A stretch of DNA of 64,000 nt from Tubiluchus corallicola (lineage: Eukaryota; Animalia; Priapulida): contig JAQGDQ010000127.1 of the NCBI GenBank assembly GCA_030141605.1, forward strand, positions 1-64,000. Direction: 5' to 3'. Below, one piece after another: positions 12,200 through 31,253 of the stretch. Under the pieces are notes generated by a model. The model saw only the letters and a program-made list of their open reading frames with translations, did not search any database and was not told the origin of the DNA. How positions within the stretch are numbered: the stretch's first letter is position 1; the number at the start of each line of letters is the position of its first letter. A program made the position numbers and the translations under genes.

Positions 12200-12860
12200 C
12201 AGTCTGTTGTAGTACTCGTGATTATTGATACATTTTGATCTAAAGGTGGTCGAAACCACAGCACAGGGCGATACAACAGTTAACCCACACCAATGTGGGT
12301 GATTGATCAAAAGATTATGATCAGGTCTAGAGCAAAGAAAAAGGTCCAGCAAAAATATTCATCAGCATTATGATTTACAATTATCCATTTGAGTGGTTCA
12401 ATTTACAATTTAAACACAACATTGAAATTTGAAATTTGAAAGTCGCAAGATACCAGCATGATCATTGGATGAAAGTCCAGCGGAGAGTCTTTATTTGACA
12501 TTTAAATTCCAACAACGACAACTTTAGAATATTGTGCAAAGGCTAGCTGATATGGCGTCTCTATGAAGACTGGAAAGATCAGGATTGATTTAGAAACACA
12601 AGTATGTAGTAGCTTGCGAAATCACCATGGAGCGATGAGTAATAATGAAACCCTACAGCAGGTCGGCACAAAGAACCTGAAACGTGAGCAATGCAAACCG
12701 TGGGAATTGCCCCTTAGTGTGGTCATTCATACCAAGTTGCCATCCACATATGTTATAACTTCAAAGCTGGCAACATATTTAGTGATTTCTGAAATGGATA
12801 ATTTTCCATAGTGGAAAAGTTGGATAAAGGCCGCCAACGTTGTTTGGGCAAATGTTTAAT
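12200..12860 (-). mobile_element. Decayed LINE APE-endonuclease remnant
   Basis: Broken minus-strand frames give SKVVVVG/(D)FNV, SNDHAG and LDLFLCSRPD, in the order expected for an APE domain. Multiple stops and frameshifts. Confidence 0.5.
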
Positions 12861-14099
12861 ATTCTTCTGTTGAAGTGGTTTTAGTTCGGTAATTTTTTAA
12901 TTTTTGTGGTTGACTCTCTAGCCTTCTAAAGTCAGGAGTTACATGGCGTTGTCACTCACGCATAGAAATTCTGGATTCTCGACCTGACCCTTGACGACCC
13001 TATAAAGACAAAAAACATTCAGAGAAACCCTGCGTTTTCCTGTGGTATCATTGCAGCACAGAATTGCAACTAAATTAAATACACCTATCATTGTATGTAA
13101 AATGTATGTGCAATTAACTGACGTTTTCATCTGTAATGACAACTGCCAATTCCTGGAAGTATTGCCATACACTTTGGGTACTGTGTTATTAGGCAGCATG
13201 CGATCTGGTAAACGAATTTTCAAGCGACCAAAGAACCAAAGCAAAACATTTAATTCTTAGAAAGCAACACGCTTGTTCCTACAGTTCTCAACTAGGCGCC
13301 CTAAGGTGAAGCATTGGGATTTGAGGGTAAGAAACATTGTCAGAAAACCCTATAAAATATATTATTCTACCTCTTGCTTATTCGGTAGCTAATTAGTTGA
13401 ATTGGTTGTTTCTCTTGTAGTTTAGCTATGAACATAATTTAATGCACCTTCATTAGCGCCGAAAGTTGTGGAAGAACGGCCTTCATTATCAAGGATATCC
13501 TTCTAAAACCAGATGCTAAACAACCCGAGGTTTCTTAACCACATTTACATAATATAAAAGCACACACGCTTGGTTTCATAGCGGTCAAATACATTTCATA
13601 GTCAAACTCGACATTGCTTAACTTCGTTGGCAAGTATAAGTGTACCACTCAGCTAATCCTATTAGCTGTCTTGCTAGCCAACAAATCAGTTACTCCCATA
13701 CGAAACGAAAACAAACCAAACCGAGACCCACGAAAGGCACGCCCTTATAATTTTTCATACGTATCTCTTATTATTGTCACGCGCCTAGTTTAAAGCATTA
13801 TAGTTAAGCTTCAGTACTATTTGTTATTGCGGCATGTACGTTTCAGCGTAAACTGAAAATAGCCAACGGCTAAGTATCTGTTTCAGCAAATTGCTTATGT
13901 TTCCGCAGAAATAAGTGAATGTAATGGACTACAAGGCTACCTTTTAGTTTGCGGCTATATATAATAAAAGCGTTTAAGACTGTGTGTTTAAACTTATACG
14001 TATTTTATTTATTCGCAACAAGCAAAATGAACTTGTACTTTGATAGACAGTCTTAGATGAAATACTGCGACATTATTTAGAGTATGTACGCCCTTACTA

Positions 14100-14167
14100 T
14101 ATGTACGACCTAGCACAAACCGGCTTTACAGCCGGTTTTAGTACCAATGATCGTCTTATCAAACTCA

Positions 14168-14254
<87 letters not shown>

Positions 14255-15900
14255 AATTGATCAGTAAACAAAGTTGCCAATTATATGCTTGTTCCATAGC
14301 ATTCAGCAAAAAGCATTCAATAAGAAATTAAAATAGGAATTGACGGGAAAACTCTAAAAATTATCAGCGATGTCTATGCTAAAGTATCATTTAAAAGCAA
14401 CATTGGATTAAAGCAAGGATGCGGATTAACTCTTACAGCTTTTATCGATTTTTATAAATGATTTGCCAAAAAATTTTGACACAACGTATGAACGTATTTT
14501 AATAGAAATGAAGTGCTTATTACCTGCCTACTGTTTGCAAATGACATCGTTATATTTTCCAAATCCGAAACAGGTTTACAAAATACACTTAACAAATTAT
14601 TAAACTACTGCGAAAAATTGGAAGCTGGCAATTGATGTTGACAAAACTACAATAATGTACCACAAAATGTGATGCCTGCTAGCATGTATGGAAACAAACC
14701 CATCAACGTAGTTATAACCTACAGACATTTAGGAGCAATTTTTGGTTGCTGTCAACTCCTGATCATTTAAATAATTAACTGACGAATTAAAAGACACAGG
14801 GCTGAAAACATTACAAATTCCTATTTCTGTGTTAATTCAATAAAAGTTACCTCTAAACATAACCCTTCATTTGTTACTATAAATATAGGTATTACTTATA
14901 GTTTTACCGGTCGCATTGCACGGCAGAGAAGAGTGGAGACCGTTTTGCAGTGATTTTAAACATAAAGTATCTGCTGCTTACGTCTAAATACAAAATTAAT
15001 TTTTGGATATGTCATGTTCATTAGCATGTCTTTTGTACAATGTATCAACTAATTATGTTAAAATAGATAGTTTGGCAGATTTTGTAAAAAAAGAATTTTA
15101 GCGCATCTTAATTAATTACACGTATTAGGGAAAACTAAGCTACCACCAATAAAAAGTGACTAATTGGGGCAATCATGAAAAAACTAGAAAACATTTATGC
15201 AGCAAACTGGAAATTAACGGACCTGTTACAGAAAATAATGAAGCAAATAAGCTTTGGAACTATTGCAAATTTAAATATTGGTTTAAGTTTGAAAATTATT
15301 TGGTAGCATAGAAAATTATCAAGAATGGCTAATATAGCTTTTGCAGAATTTCGAATCAATTCGCATACATAGGCCATCGAAACAGGAACGCATCATAAGT
15401 CAAAACAAACTCTTGTTAACCAACGTTTATGTATTGTAAAGAATCAGCCATTGAAGTCCAGGACAACATTTCTTAATTAATTGTGAAAAACATAAAATAG
15501 ATAGAGAAAAAAGCTTTCGCTGATACTTCAGGCAAGTGTCACGACGTTACAACTATGAGCAATAATGATAATACTTGTTTTTGGCAGTTTTCTTGCATCC
15601 TAGAAGAAGCAATTAGAATAGTATTAATTGTTTGTGTAATTCAATAAGTAATTGTTTTCTAAATAAGAACAATCTATCAAATTTAATATTTATACATTTT
15701 ATTGTTAACTTTATTGTCTATTTTAGAGTGTACTATATGTGCACGTGTAGTTGGGTTTATGGTACATATATGGATTTGATGTTGTTTGTACGTTTTGTAA
15801 TGTGTTACCTACCATTTTGTACTTGTATTTGTTTTTTGGTATTTTGTGTGTAATGACTTGATTCTCTTATAAATTTGTTTTCATCCAATAAATTATAAAT
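14100..15900 (+). mobile_element. Decayed non-LTR retrotransposon (RT domain to 3' tail)
   Basis: Broken frames give QTGF..GFST.D, QLYAC..FSK(AF), IGLKQGC, CLLFA(N)DIVIFSKSETGLQNTLNKL..YCE and FRI.SH..AIETG, followed by a T-rich 3' UTR and AATAAA near 15888. Confidence 0.75.
14170..14253. repeat. Compound (ACA)n(ATA)n microsatellite inside the LINE remnant
   Basis: Direct inspection. Confidence 0.95.
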
Positions 15901-16623
15901 TACAAATTTATTCGCAAGTACGCTGCAAGTTCATCTGTACGTAATTTCGTGTAGCGTCTTACAAGACATTTTTGAAACAGTTGTACATTTATAAACAGTA
16001 ATACTGAGTTGCACTTAAGCACATCTTGTATGGATTTTGCCCAGAAACGCAGTCTTCAAATTTCCGTACACAGTTTTTATATTGTCTTTTTATCTTCTAT
16101 GAAAGACAACGTTATAGATGAGACGGTATAAATATAGTGCTCGTTGTGATTATTTGCACCCGCATATTTTTCAGATACTTTGCGGTTATTATACTAAGCA
16201 AGTTAAGTAATGAAGTTACATTAGGAAGTCTCTACTCACTTAACACTCAAGGAGGCCCAATGCTGGTTTTTATTAACAACCCCCACTATTAGGATTTATG
16301 TGCAACATTATACTGGTACTCTGCAGCTATATAAGGATAAAATACAAACAGGTCATTCACCATCCTTTTTCCTTTGAAAGTAATCAAACGGAAGTTCTTA
16401 TGTCCTTTTGTTTTGGATCTCGTGCACGATTTCTGCCTCGGAATTAAAGAAGGCACACATTACTGGGGGGTAAATCCGCTAGCTGAATGTACACATTCAC
16501 CGGAATTACAGCTGCAGTGCACGACAAATTCTTATACATTTTGAAAGAACTTTTCTAGTCCCGGATTCTGAGAGCTCTCAGCTGTATACCCACTAGACAG
16601 TGACGTAGCTCACACAAAACAGG

Positions 16624-16722
16624 TATATAATCACTTGGTGCGCGACCATAGAATAAACAGCAGCATCAGTACAATTATTACTTTATCAAGTGACACTTCG
16701 ATTATCTACGGTAGAAGTAAGT
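16624..16722 (+). promoter_or_regulatory. Candidate TATA box, short non-coding exon 1 and donor site for vWA gene 1
   Basis: TATATAA at 16624-16630 and a strong donor GTAAGT at 16717. The next good acceptor (TTTTACAG, 19008) lies just before the signal-peptide ATG. Confidence 0.45.
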
Positions 16723-19015
16723 TACTATAAATGTATCTTCTTTGCTATTTTTTACTAATTTGAACGCATTAAGTAAACTAAAATTGGTACAGACGGCAAT
16801 TTTCGTGTAAAAATGTTTAGGAAACACGCTTGACATTAATTAACTGTGGACACTTGTGGTATGTACGCTGAAGATCACACATATAATACTCTTTGCCTTT
16901 AATCTTTTCAATAGAGTTTGAATGTCAGTTTAATTTGCTTCTTCTGTGCTATAAACTATTTGTTTATAAATGCGAAAGAGCGATTAATCCTTTTTAATGG
17001 TTAATCTTAATTAATTATTAATTGATACACAGTGTCAGGTTAACAAATTCGTGCTATGCATACTAATTTTGTTATTTTACCAAATTATTGGCAGCCCATG
17101 TCAAGAATTTAAATTCGTACTCAAAAATTAAATTGCCAATGCAAACTTTCTTCCAGTTTATTGTTCACCAGCTGTCTAAGTTTATATCTCTAAAAACAAT
17201 TAATATGATATCGATAATCTACAACTCTGTTACAGTATTACTTGAATATATTTGGCGTTTGCGCTCTATTAAAAGTTTTGCAGAGAAATTATAAGTATAC
17301 AGAAAAAATCAGACAACATTTCACTTCGTCGCTTAGTTAAAGTCTAAGTTAGTCTAAGAAATATTTTCTGAAAAATAAGTTGCATTTGTGTCAGCTGTTC
17401 ATGTATGCCTCCAAGGGCAACATTTTTATGAAATCGTGTTAAAATATAAAATAATTTCACCTTTATGACATGTTATAAAGACTCGCTAGACCGGTTTATC
17501 TTGCTTATACATGTAATTAAAGTCTATGCATGCGAACGTCGTTGACCAGGCATGCTTATATAAAAATTAAATATTTACTTTTATACTTTGTGCAAACTGT
17601 TTTTGTTCGTTTGTATACATGCAGTGTCTTTTGGGAACGCATTTTACTTGGAACAGCTTGGTTGTTAACTCATAAACTTTTTACCGATGTAAAACTTCTA
17701 AAATTATTATGCATTAGAAGAAATCAAAGAGCGTTCCATTTCAGTTTAAAAAATTTCGTGTACTGTTAAGTACAATAAGCACAACCTAAAGTAAAGCACT
17801 CACTGTTGTGCAGGTTTTGAAGGCGCACTAATTGCGTAATGTAGTTATGATAAATTATATGCTCCACTCTGTACTTGATGAAATGGAACGACAATTAATG
17901 ATATTTTCTACAAGCAAAATTGACCGAAAGCAAAGAAATTTATTGTGGAAACTCGGTTTCGAAACAAAGACAATGGACTAGAATTTAGAAGTCCAACACC
18001 GTGATCACTGTAGACCCAAAACACACTCTCGACGATTTCATATTTCCTTCCTTTCGGCCAAGTTTGATTTCAAAAATGTAAGAATGAAGCTATCAAATTC
18101 AAATTTGAAATAATTAGGTTATGAACTTCTAGATAAAGAGCAAATAGCCGTGGGGAAGTGGTAGAAAATTTGCTGCGACGTGATTCCTCTCGAGATCGTC
18201 CTCCACTTAATGTCGATGTCATTTTTATGTAATTACATAATAACTATTTTATCTATCAATGCAAATCCTGCCATTAGCTAAAAGGCATTTTAATAATTAG
18301 ACTCATTGCTTCGATACTGTCTTGACCCCATTTGAAATAAATTCTCAGAACAATACCAACATTCTGCCTTGAAATTCCACTGATTGCAAACAACGATTGC
18401 CATTCTAGTTCAAAGAACTCGACACCTTATTGTCTTCAGTTCAAGGTCTGCCTATGTAATTCTCTCGTTAGACCACTTGCGAAAAACTGTCATTAGACGC
18501 CGCGAGTCAACTATTCTATAATTACTTAAGAAAAGTCTACACTGCACAGGTTGTTAAAAAATCTAGTTCACTTTTAGATTGGCTTACAGACTGCACGATG
18601 ATATGGATCTTTTCTCACAAACACTTTATACATGTAGGACATGCGCACTTCTCACTATTTCTGAATGGAACTCACCGACCAGTGTCAAGCGCATTAATCT
18701 TGTTGACATGACACAGGGTTATGAAGTCAAATGGCTCGTTGAACTTAATGTCAAGGTCAAGGACACTAAGTTATTCATCGATTGAGCTCATGACAAACAT
18801 TACTGATTTGGTGCCAAAAGCAAAACCGTGACTATATATACAAAAATGCACTCGCAAAATAGCTCTGTTTGTTTCTTAAATAGACTTGTTTTGATAGGAA
18901 TCGTTGGAAATTGGGAATTGTCTCAGGACAATGCATTGTAATTATTGTAAAGAGAAATTATAGTTTGTTTAATTAAAGATTAGATATTAATCAATACATT
19001 TTTTACAGAATTAAG

Positions 19016-21586
19016 ATGAAGATTCAATTTATTTTTGTTGTGCTCATCGGGTTGGCTGTACGTATTAACGCCCAGGGCTTTTTCAATCGATTTGGCAATA
19101 GACAACAACCAAAACCGGATACCACTGATAACAAACCTGATACAAGCGGTTCAGGGACTTCCGGGGGAACTTCCGGCACCAGTGGGGAATCAGGTGCGTA
19201 GATTGATAACATGTCTTTTAATGCCGTAAGTTTGATTTCTAGTATAAATTTTTAATCCAGTTCCATTCAAGTTGTCCACAAGGCATCTTTAATAAGCTTA
19301 AATTCTTATTATAATCTGCGTTAGTGTCTGAAAGCGCCATTAAGTTAATAAATTGAATTTTTTTATAGTAACATTTGTCATACATGCGGTAAAGCTAATA
19401 TCATTTCGTTTTGGTGAAAAATCAATATATAGGTCTATCTGTCATTATGCAAGATTCCATAATCTCTACCAAGCTGGCATTTATGAACAATTCCAGCTTT
19501 GAAATCACTGGAAAACAGCGTAACTGCTTCTAACAAAAACACTTTTTGTTTTAGATTCAGATTTCTTCTCATTTAATCAGAACGTTGAGAAAGTACAAGA
19601 ATTTGTGAATAAAATCAAACCGGAAGTCGACACAGACGCATTTTCACTGGATCGTAACCCGGAAGCCAGTGAGGATGCAGATGTCTTGTTCATTCTTGAT
19701 AGAAGCTTCAGCGTCGGTGAGCAGGCATTCGAGCAGGCCAAATGCGCTTTAAGGGTAAGAGGCCATTACTCAACATTCCTGTTATTAAACGGAAACAACG
19801 CTTTAGAATTCAATCCATTATAAATCAATATTTCTGAATGCAAATCGAGAATTAATACTGCTAAAGTCATATACTCAACGAATCTACTATTTTATAGTTT
19901 CAGGTAGAATTGGTAATTAATTATTGCATGTTATTGTTACTGCTGGCTACAATCTGGTACTTCCTATGAATAATTCATAGACTGATACTCGTCAATTTTA
20001 CCCACAATTTTACAGATTTTAGCGGATCTTTCCGTTTAAAATTTATTAATGATTATTTCTGTACCAGAACTGGGCATATCTTCTTGACGAAAATCTGGAC
20101 ATCAGAATTAGAGTTACCATTCTCAGCTTCGGACGGATAGTTAAGCTTGAATCAAAGGATTTCTTTGAAAGTTACCGCTCCCTAGATGATGTCATTCAGG
20201 CCATCAATAATGTTCCGTACTTCCAATGTAAGTACCAACAATGTTTATTGAATACTTATTACTATCAAAGAAACGTAAACTGTATTAGTTAATATTGGTG
20301 TTGGTGTCTGCTTTGACTTTAAAAATCCGGCAATTAGCAACATTCTGCACATACGGGAAAAAGCGAGCGTTTATCCCACTCTTGGATTGGAATTGAGAAG
20401 TTTACGTTTCTAGTATAGTATCACAACAGTTATTGCCATTTGGATGTAAGCATCCGTTAACTGAATTGAAGTAATGGCTCTACAATAAAATATAGATTAC
20501 CGTTTAATTTTGCTGTCGTCAAGGTGTAATTAAAATAATAATTTTTTTATTACAGGGACGACAGGACGTCTGTGTCCTCCCCGTCCTACACGTTATGGCC
20601 CAGTGGAATTTGATGGTTGCGCCACTTGCACTAATCTCGCGCTGCAGGTGTCAGAATGGCTTCTCCTGGACAGTGGAAAATCACGTGACACCGCTACCAA
20701 GGCTATTATTATGATTACAGATGGTCGATCAAACTGCCCAGAAGGAGGAACGCACACATGTGATGCCGCTCAGATACTGAAAGATCAAGGTAAGATCATC
20801 AATGTTTAATATCATATAGGTGTTGCTCAGCCCACATAACTCTGGCTGAAGAATTTATATGTTACAGGCAATGTGCAAAATTTAGACATTTTATAAAATT
20901 CCTAGGCATTTCATATAATGGCCATGCGTTTTGGGAAAAGTGTGAAATAAATCTATTTGCTGCATTCTCTTCCACATTTTGCTTAATAGCTTTGTGTAGT
21001 AGTTAAAATTTATATAAAATGCACAAAATTAGTTCGGCAAATTGTACAATAAACATAATTTGTGTTGCATCAAACTTTTCTTAGATATTTTATACATTTA
21101 AATGCCTAGGCATTGTATAAAACACATAAAACGACTTAGTCAGCGTATTGAAGTAAGCAAGCTGCTCTAGTAAATCAGTGAGCTAATTATTTAATTGGTG
21201 ATGGTTGAAACATCACAATCTCTGACACGCCACTCATCCAAGTGGATTCCTTCCCATAACAAGGTATTAGGTCTGTGGCCTGAAAAGTTTTTCGAAAACT
21301 TGTTTGTGTGGACATTCTTAGCGCTACGTACTGATTCAAGCTAGTTTTCCTGAAACTTGGCTCTTATACGATAGTTAGTTTGCGAGTTATTAGTAGTGAC
21401 TTTACAGGTCAAGTTGTGTGATTATATTTTTCAGGTGTAGACGTATTTGTTCACGCTGTTGGCAGGAAAATCTATGAACCTGAGATAAAGTGTATTGCAT
21501 CTCCGGATAACTACAACTTGAACACTGATTACGAGCAAACATGCAGGGTAACAGAAGTAGCTAGGGAGACTGGCGTCTCTAAATAA
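19016..21586 (+). CDS. Secreted single von Willebrand factor A (vWA) domain protein, paralog 1 (307 aa)
   Basis: Exons 19016-19193, 19555-19754, 20068-20227, 20556-20789 and 21435-21586, all GT-AG, phase-compatible, 924 nt. Signal peptide MKIQFIFVVLIGLAVRINA, G/S/T linker, DVLFILDRSFS (DxSxS), DGCATCTNLAL, IIMITDGRSN, GVDVFVHAVG. Confidence 0.88.
20855..21240 (+). repeat. Dispersed repeat, copy 2 (last intron of vWA gene 1)
   Basis: Inverted homologue of 7640-8020. Confidence 0.7.
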
Positions 21587-22935
21587 ATAAATTAAATAAT
21601 TTTGCTTACATGTACGGCAGTTTATCACAGTTAGTTCAGCTAAGTGTTAGTTCAGGTAGTTTTTATTTATTTATTAAGAAGTTAAATGAATACTGTTGGC
21701 AAGACGAGTAAAGTAATTACGTTGATTAAGACTCTGCACTGCACGTACTTCTTAAAGTTTTGAAATTTTAAATTGCATTGTCACGCATTTGTGCGTAACT
21801 GTTGATCCAGTTTTTTTGTGAAAACGATGTCTTTATTGCTTTTATAGTATCAATGAAATTACTGTGCTAATCGCGTACAGCGGTTTTATAAATGTCGTGT
21901 AGCAAGGATTTTATTCGTGTTTATAAGAGGTGGTAATTCAAGTACAAAGTCAATAAATAGTGTATTATTGTAACATCAAGTTTTTTACTTGTCTTTCTTT
22001 TACTTATGCAATTAAAGCACTTGCTAACATAGTTTAGTTTATTGTAGTTTCGACGCTATTCTATGATTCACAAAAATGTTAATCTGAAATGCCATTTTCA
22101 AGTAACCAACTTTTATACATAACATACCGGCAGTACTGAAATTGATAATTTCGTGCAAAAAATCGCTTCTCTTCTTTTGTAGACATTGCTTACATTTCAT
22201 ATGGGCATCTGCCTATTCAGATATCAGGACAAGATTCTTCAAAAGAACTTATCAAATGACTACACATACCGATACCACCTGCCGTTACACACAAGTATAC
22301 CACGCACCACATCGACCAACACCATAACCACGATCACAACCACCACCAACACCACTTAGCAGTAGCAGCAAGTTTTATGCTTCTTTAAATTCAATATTGT
22401 CAACTCTAAGAAGGAGATATAATGAAATGGTGTCCAAAACGCCGATAAATATAAATTGTTTACCAGTTTTATTGTGCGCAGCAGAAGTTAGTTCACTATC
22501 TTTTGGGCAAAAAATATTTTAAAAGTTTCTTGAAACACAGCGTTTCTAAAAAATTAGGAAGATTTTTAACTATAGACGTAACGAGAGTGTCAAAGTTTTA
22601 ATGAAGGACCGTGGTACTATACCTGCAAACTTTCTAATTGATTGTAGAAAATAAAATTTTTCAAAGAAAATTCAAAACTCTAGCATCGATAATATTCAAT
22701 TAATGTTGTATTTAACTAAATAGTCATTGTCACTTAAGAAGAAAGTGTGGCTTACCTTTGAGGTTTGGTAATGTGAATGTTAAAAAACTAGCTATTAATA
22801 CATTTAATGTATTTTTACAAAATGATCTGTGAAGAATAAGTAAAAATTAACGCCGTGTTTATAAATTGTTCATTTTATTCATAGTAATTTCTTTTTTGTG
22901 TGTATAAGACTAACCATTTCTTGTTATATTTTGTA

Positions 22936-22967
<32 letters not shown>
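22936..22967. repeat. (AAT)n microsatellite
   Basis: Direct inspection. Confidence 0.9.
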
Positions 22968-22970
<3 letters not shown>

Positions 22971-25265
22971 TCATCATATTCATAGTAATTTAATGTTCCA
23001 CATCTGTAATGTATGACAAAAGTTAAAATAATAAGGGATGTAGGTTGATTTACCGTTTCTAAATAGCGAAATGCCGCTGTACGAGCTCAATGTTCGCCCA
23101 GATTTCTAACTGCATGCACATCAATGCACCTATAAATTTATCCTGATAAATCCTGAAAAATTTATCACTGTTCCGTCCAATAAATTTGAAAACCGACAAA
23201 CACAGCCTGTTAAATTCTGATATCGGCTACAATGGTTATTAAAATTCACTTAAGTGTGATTGGGTGACGCGCTCTCAGTTGAGACAAATAAACTAAAGTG
23301 AGATCACTTCAAAATTACAATAAAGTGCGCCTAAAATTTGAAATATTGAGGAATAACTTCTAGTAAAAGCAGTCAGAAACGGAAACGGATTGCACAAGCA
23401 CCTTGCTCTATTGTTTTAATTACCAATTTTATTTTTATTGCAGCGGGATTTTAAACTATTCATTTTATATCCAACAATGAATTACGTTTACCGGTAAAAC
23501 TGAATTTGCAACTTTTTAAAATTATTTTTTAATCTATATCTGTATACAACATACACTGATTGAAGTCACCTTTGTAAATATTTTTCTATAACAATTGTCT
23601 TATGTTTTTAAGTGCTGCATCTTGTATCCATCTACATTGTCTTACATTATTACATTAGTATGTCGTGCCTTGCAGTGGCTAAATGCCCAAAAAACTAAGC
23701 CTCTCTTGTCACGTTAGAGTTTTAAATTCAACAAAGCGATTGTATCGTCATCTCGGCCTCAAAGTTTCTCAGCTCAATATTTGCCTTTCTAAACGCCCCA
23801 TTTGCTCACAATCATATTTATTCGAAATTTTATTCATTCTGCCATAATACTGTTGTAAAGATTTTGAGGAGTATTTAACAAACTCATGATCAATTGTTGC
23901 CGCTCAGCTTTTCACTTTTCTTAAACAGAACAAATAGTCTACTGAGTGTTTAAGAAAGTAGACAAACACTGCCGTCAAAAATTCTGTTAAATAAAAAAGC
24001 ATAGAGCACAATAAGATATTTATATGTAGAAACAGGTGCCATGCCGTCTGCACTACATGTGGTACCGTATCTTCAATGAACCCTGAGACTTAATTTGTGT
24101 AACCATCTGTTGTACCTCACAGTTAGTTGACAAATAAATTGAAGTGTTGAACTTATAGCATATATAAGCCTAACGCTACGGTTTCTTTAACAGTTTTATG
24201 CTGCACTACGCAGTACGTACGTGGATAAATTACCCGTGCTCAGTTAAAGACAAAGAAAATATGAAGAATGGATTTCAGGCCTTGGTCTTTACCAGCAGTG
24301 GCTAAATTTATTACAAGTTTCATGCTTGCCCTTGCCGTTAACTGGATGTATTGTGAAATGCGACTTCTTCAGTCAGGGAGTCCCGTGGTAGTTTTGTACT
24401 TTTGAGATGTCGTTTTTGCTACACATAACTTTTTATCTGAAATGGTGGTTCCCCACTTTTCTTACGGCTTCTTCAGCTGTCAGAAACCGTTAAACCGCAG
24501 AAACAAAAACTCTACAAGGCATAATAATCTTAATTGATATCATTAGTTAGTATCACACAGCAACAACTCGATTGAGTCTTAAGTGCAGAACAAACTTTAT
24601 TTTTTATTCTGTTGGTGTTCCGCGAGCAGCATTAGAGAGCATTTCAGGAGCGAGTCTATTCTCTAAAAATTACTGCTTAATGGCTGCTGCATGGCCGTTG
24701 TGGGTTAAATTGGATTTGGTTCATATCCCTGAATAGTCTAATAAATTTCTAAGATCCGAATAGCTGTTACAGGTTTTCCCAATACGTCAGTTACAGTGTA
24801 TTTTCGAATTATTACCAGAATGTCACATACCATTCAAATCAACTTAAAATTAAATATTATGGTTTTACAGGTGTTTCGGTACGATACACTTTTGCTCTGT
24901 ACAATTTGTTATTTAGTCACGAGACAAGTGATACAGACTAAGAACATGCAGTTTAAATCAGTTTTAAATAAATTAATTAATCAGTTCTAATTAATTGACT
25001 AACTAACAAACAGCTACATTTTTTTGTTTTGAACCAAGGACATCCCAAGTAAGAAACGTATCTTACCAAATATCTTACCGCACATACCACCTACACACAA
25101 TCGCGCGCCCGTGTTTTGTACTTATTTATTGTGTTTCCCAGAAATTTGGCATTGTATTTTCTTTTCGACAAATGTTAGACGATACTTTCATTATAATGCA
25201 CCAATCTGGTCGGTACTTCAACAACATGATTTTAAACTATTTTCGTGACTGTGTGTAGGATGAAC

Positions 25266-25541
25266 TATAAAGATACCGGTTAGAATTTTGGCACTGCGAA
25301 GAACAAGGACATAAAATGCGTCTTTCGCCTTTAGACCGGAACGATAAGATCCGGTTGTTGTAGTACAGGCATACTAATGACATACTAAATACTACACGGC
25401 AGTTGCAAAGAAGAAACAAAATCACACAGTCTAGTCTGCAATTTAAGAGTCAAGTTAGAGGTGTTGAACAAGCATAGAGTACCAGCATAATTGTCTTGAA
25501 GGCGAATTGGTCCTTATCTCCGGGAACAATTAAGGGTAAGT
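25266..25541 (+). promoter_or_regulatory. Candidate TATA box, non-coding exon 1 and donor site for vWA gene 2
   Basis: TATAAA at 25266, donor GTAAGT at 25536, acceptor TTTTTTAG at 26267 just before the ATG at 26289. Same layout as gene 1. Confidence 0.4.
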
Positions 25542-26288
25542 ATAATGCACGATATTATAAATATTTTAGTAAACACTAAGTGCTTAAACTAGGAAAAAAT
25601 TTCTTGCGGGAGCCAGTATGTAACGCTATGTATTAGACAAATACGTTGATGCATGTAAGCCCTCATTATTACTTGCAAGTACTAAAATATATAAATGTTA
25701 ATGGAAGTACCCATATAAAATGTTGTATGTCATAGGCTGCAATGAATCGATCTGTTCCCTTATTTTTTCACGAGACCTGTCTCATTTATTCTCTTGATAA
25801 CGAAGTGCATAGATGTATTTAGGTGGGGTTGAGCATTAAATTGTTTCGAAAAGATAGTATACGAATGGTTTATAGTATTAGTATTTTTGTTTAGTTTTTT
25901 TATTTTATTTAGTCCTTCTCTCGAAAAACCAATTTCCGATTTTTATATTGCGTTTCCATTTTTGTGCCAAATAACATTTTTCAAAAACTTTTCCTTCACC
26001 AGTCTTATTTTATCTCTGCATTTATCATTTTATTTTTTAATTTGCCAATTGTTTTGTTCGTTTGTATGCAATTTTTTCGCGTGTATTGTGAATTTTTCAT
26101 GCGTATTTGTATATGTTTGTTTGTCTATTTAACTCGCCTGAGCATATGAGTCATTGTCGTTAAATTATTATAATAACTGCTAGTTTTGTAATTTTCTACT
26201 AGTCGCCTCTTTTAACACTGTGTTGTTGCTTTCTTTGGGACATATCATTACAATCTTTGTTTTTTAGATAACGTATATCGGAAAAGCC

Positions 26289-31253
<4,965 letters not shown>

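Noticed and set aside
14097-14331. Poly-T/I/V ORFs, and the RE/SL-repeat ORFs at 27314-27672
   Set aside because: Translations of microsatellites.
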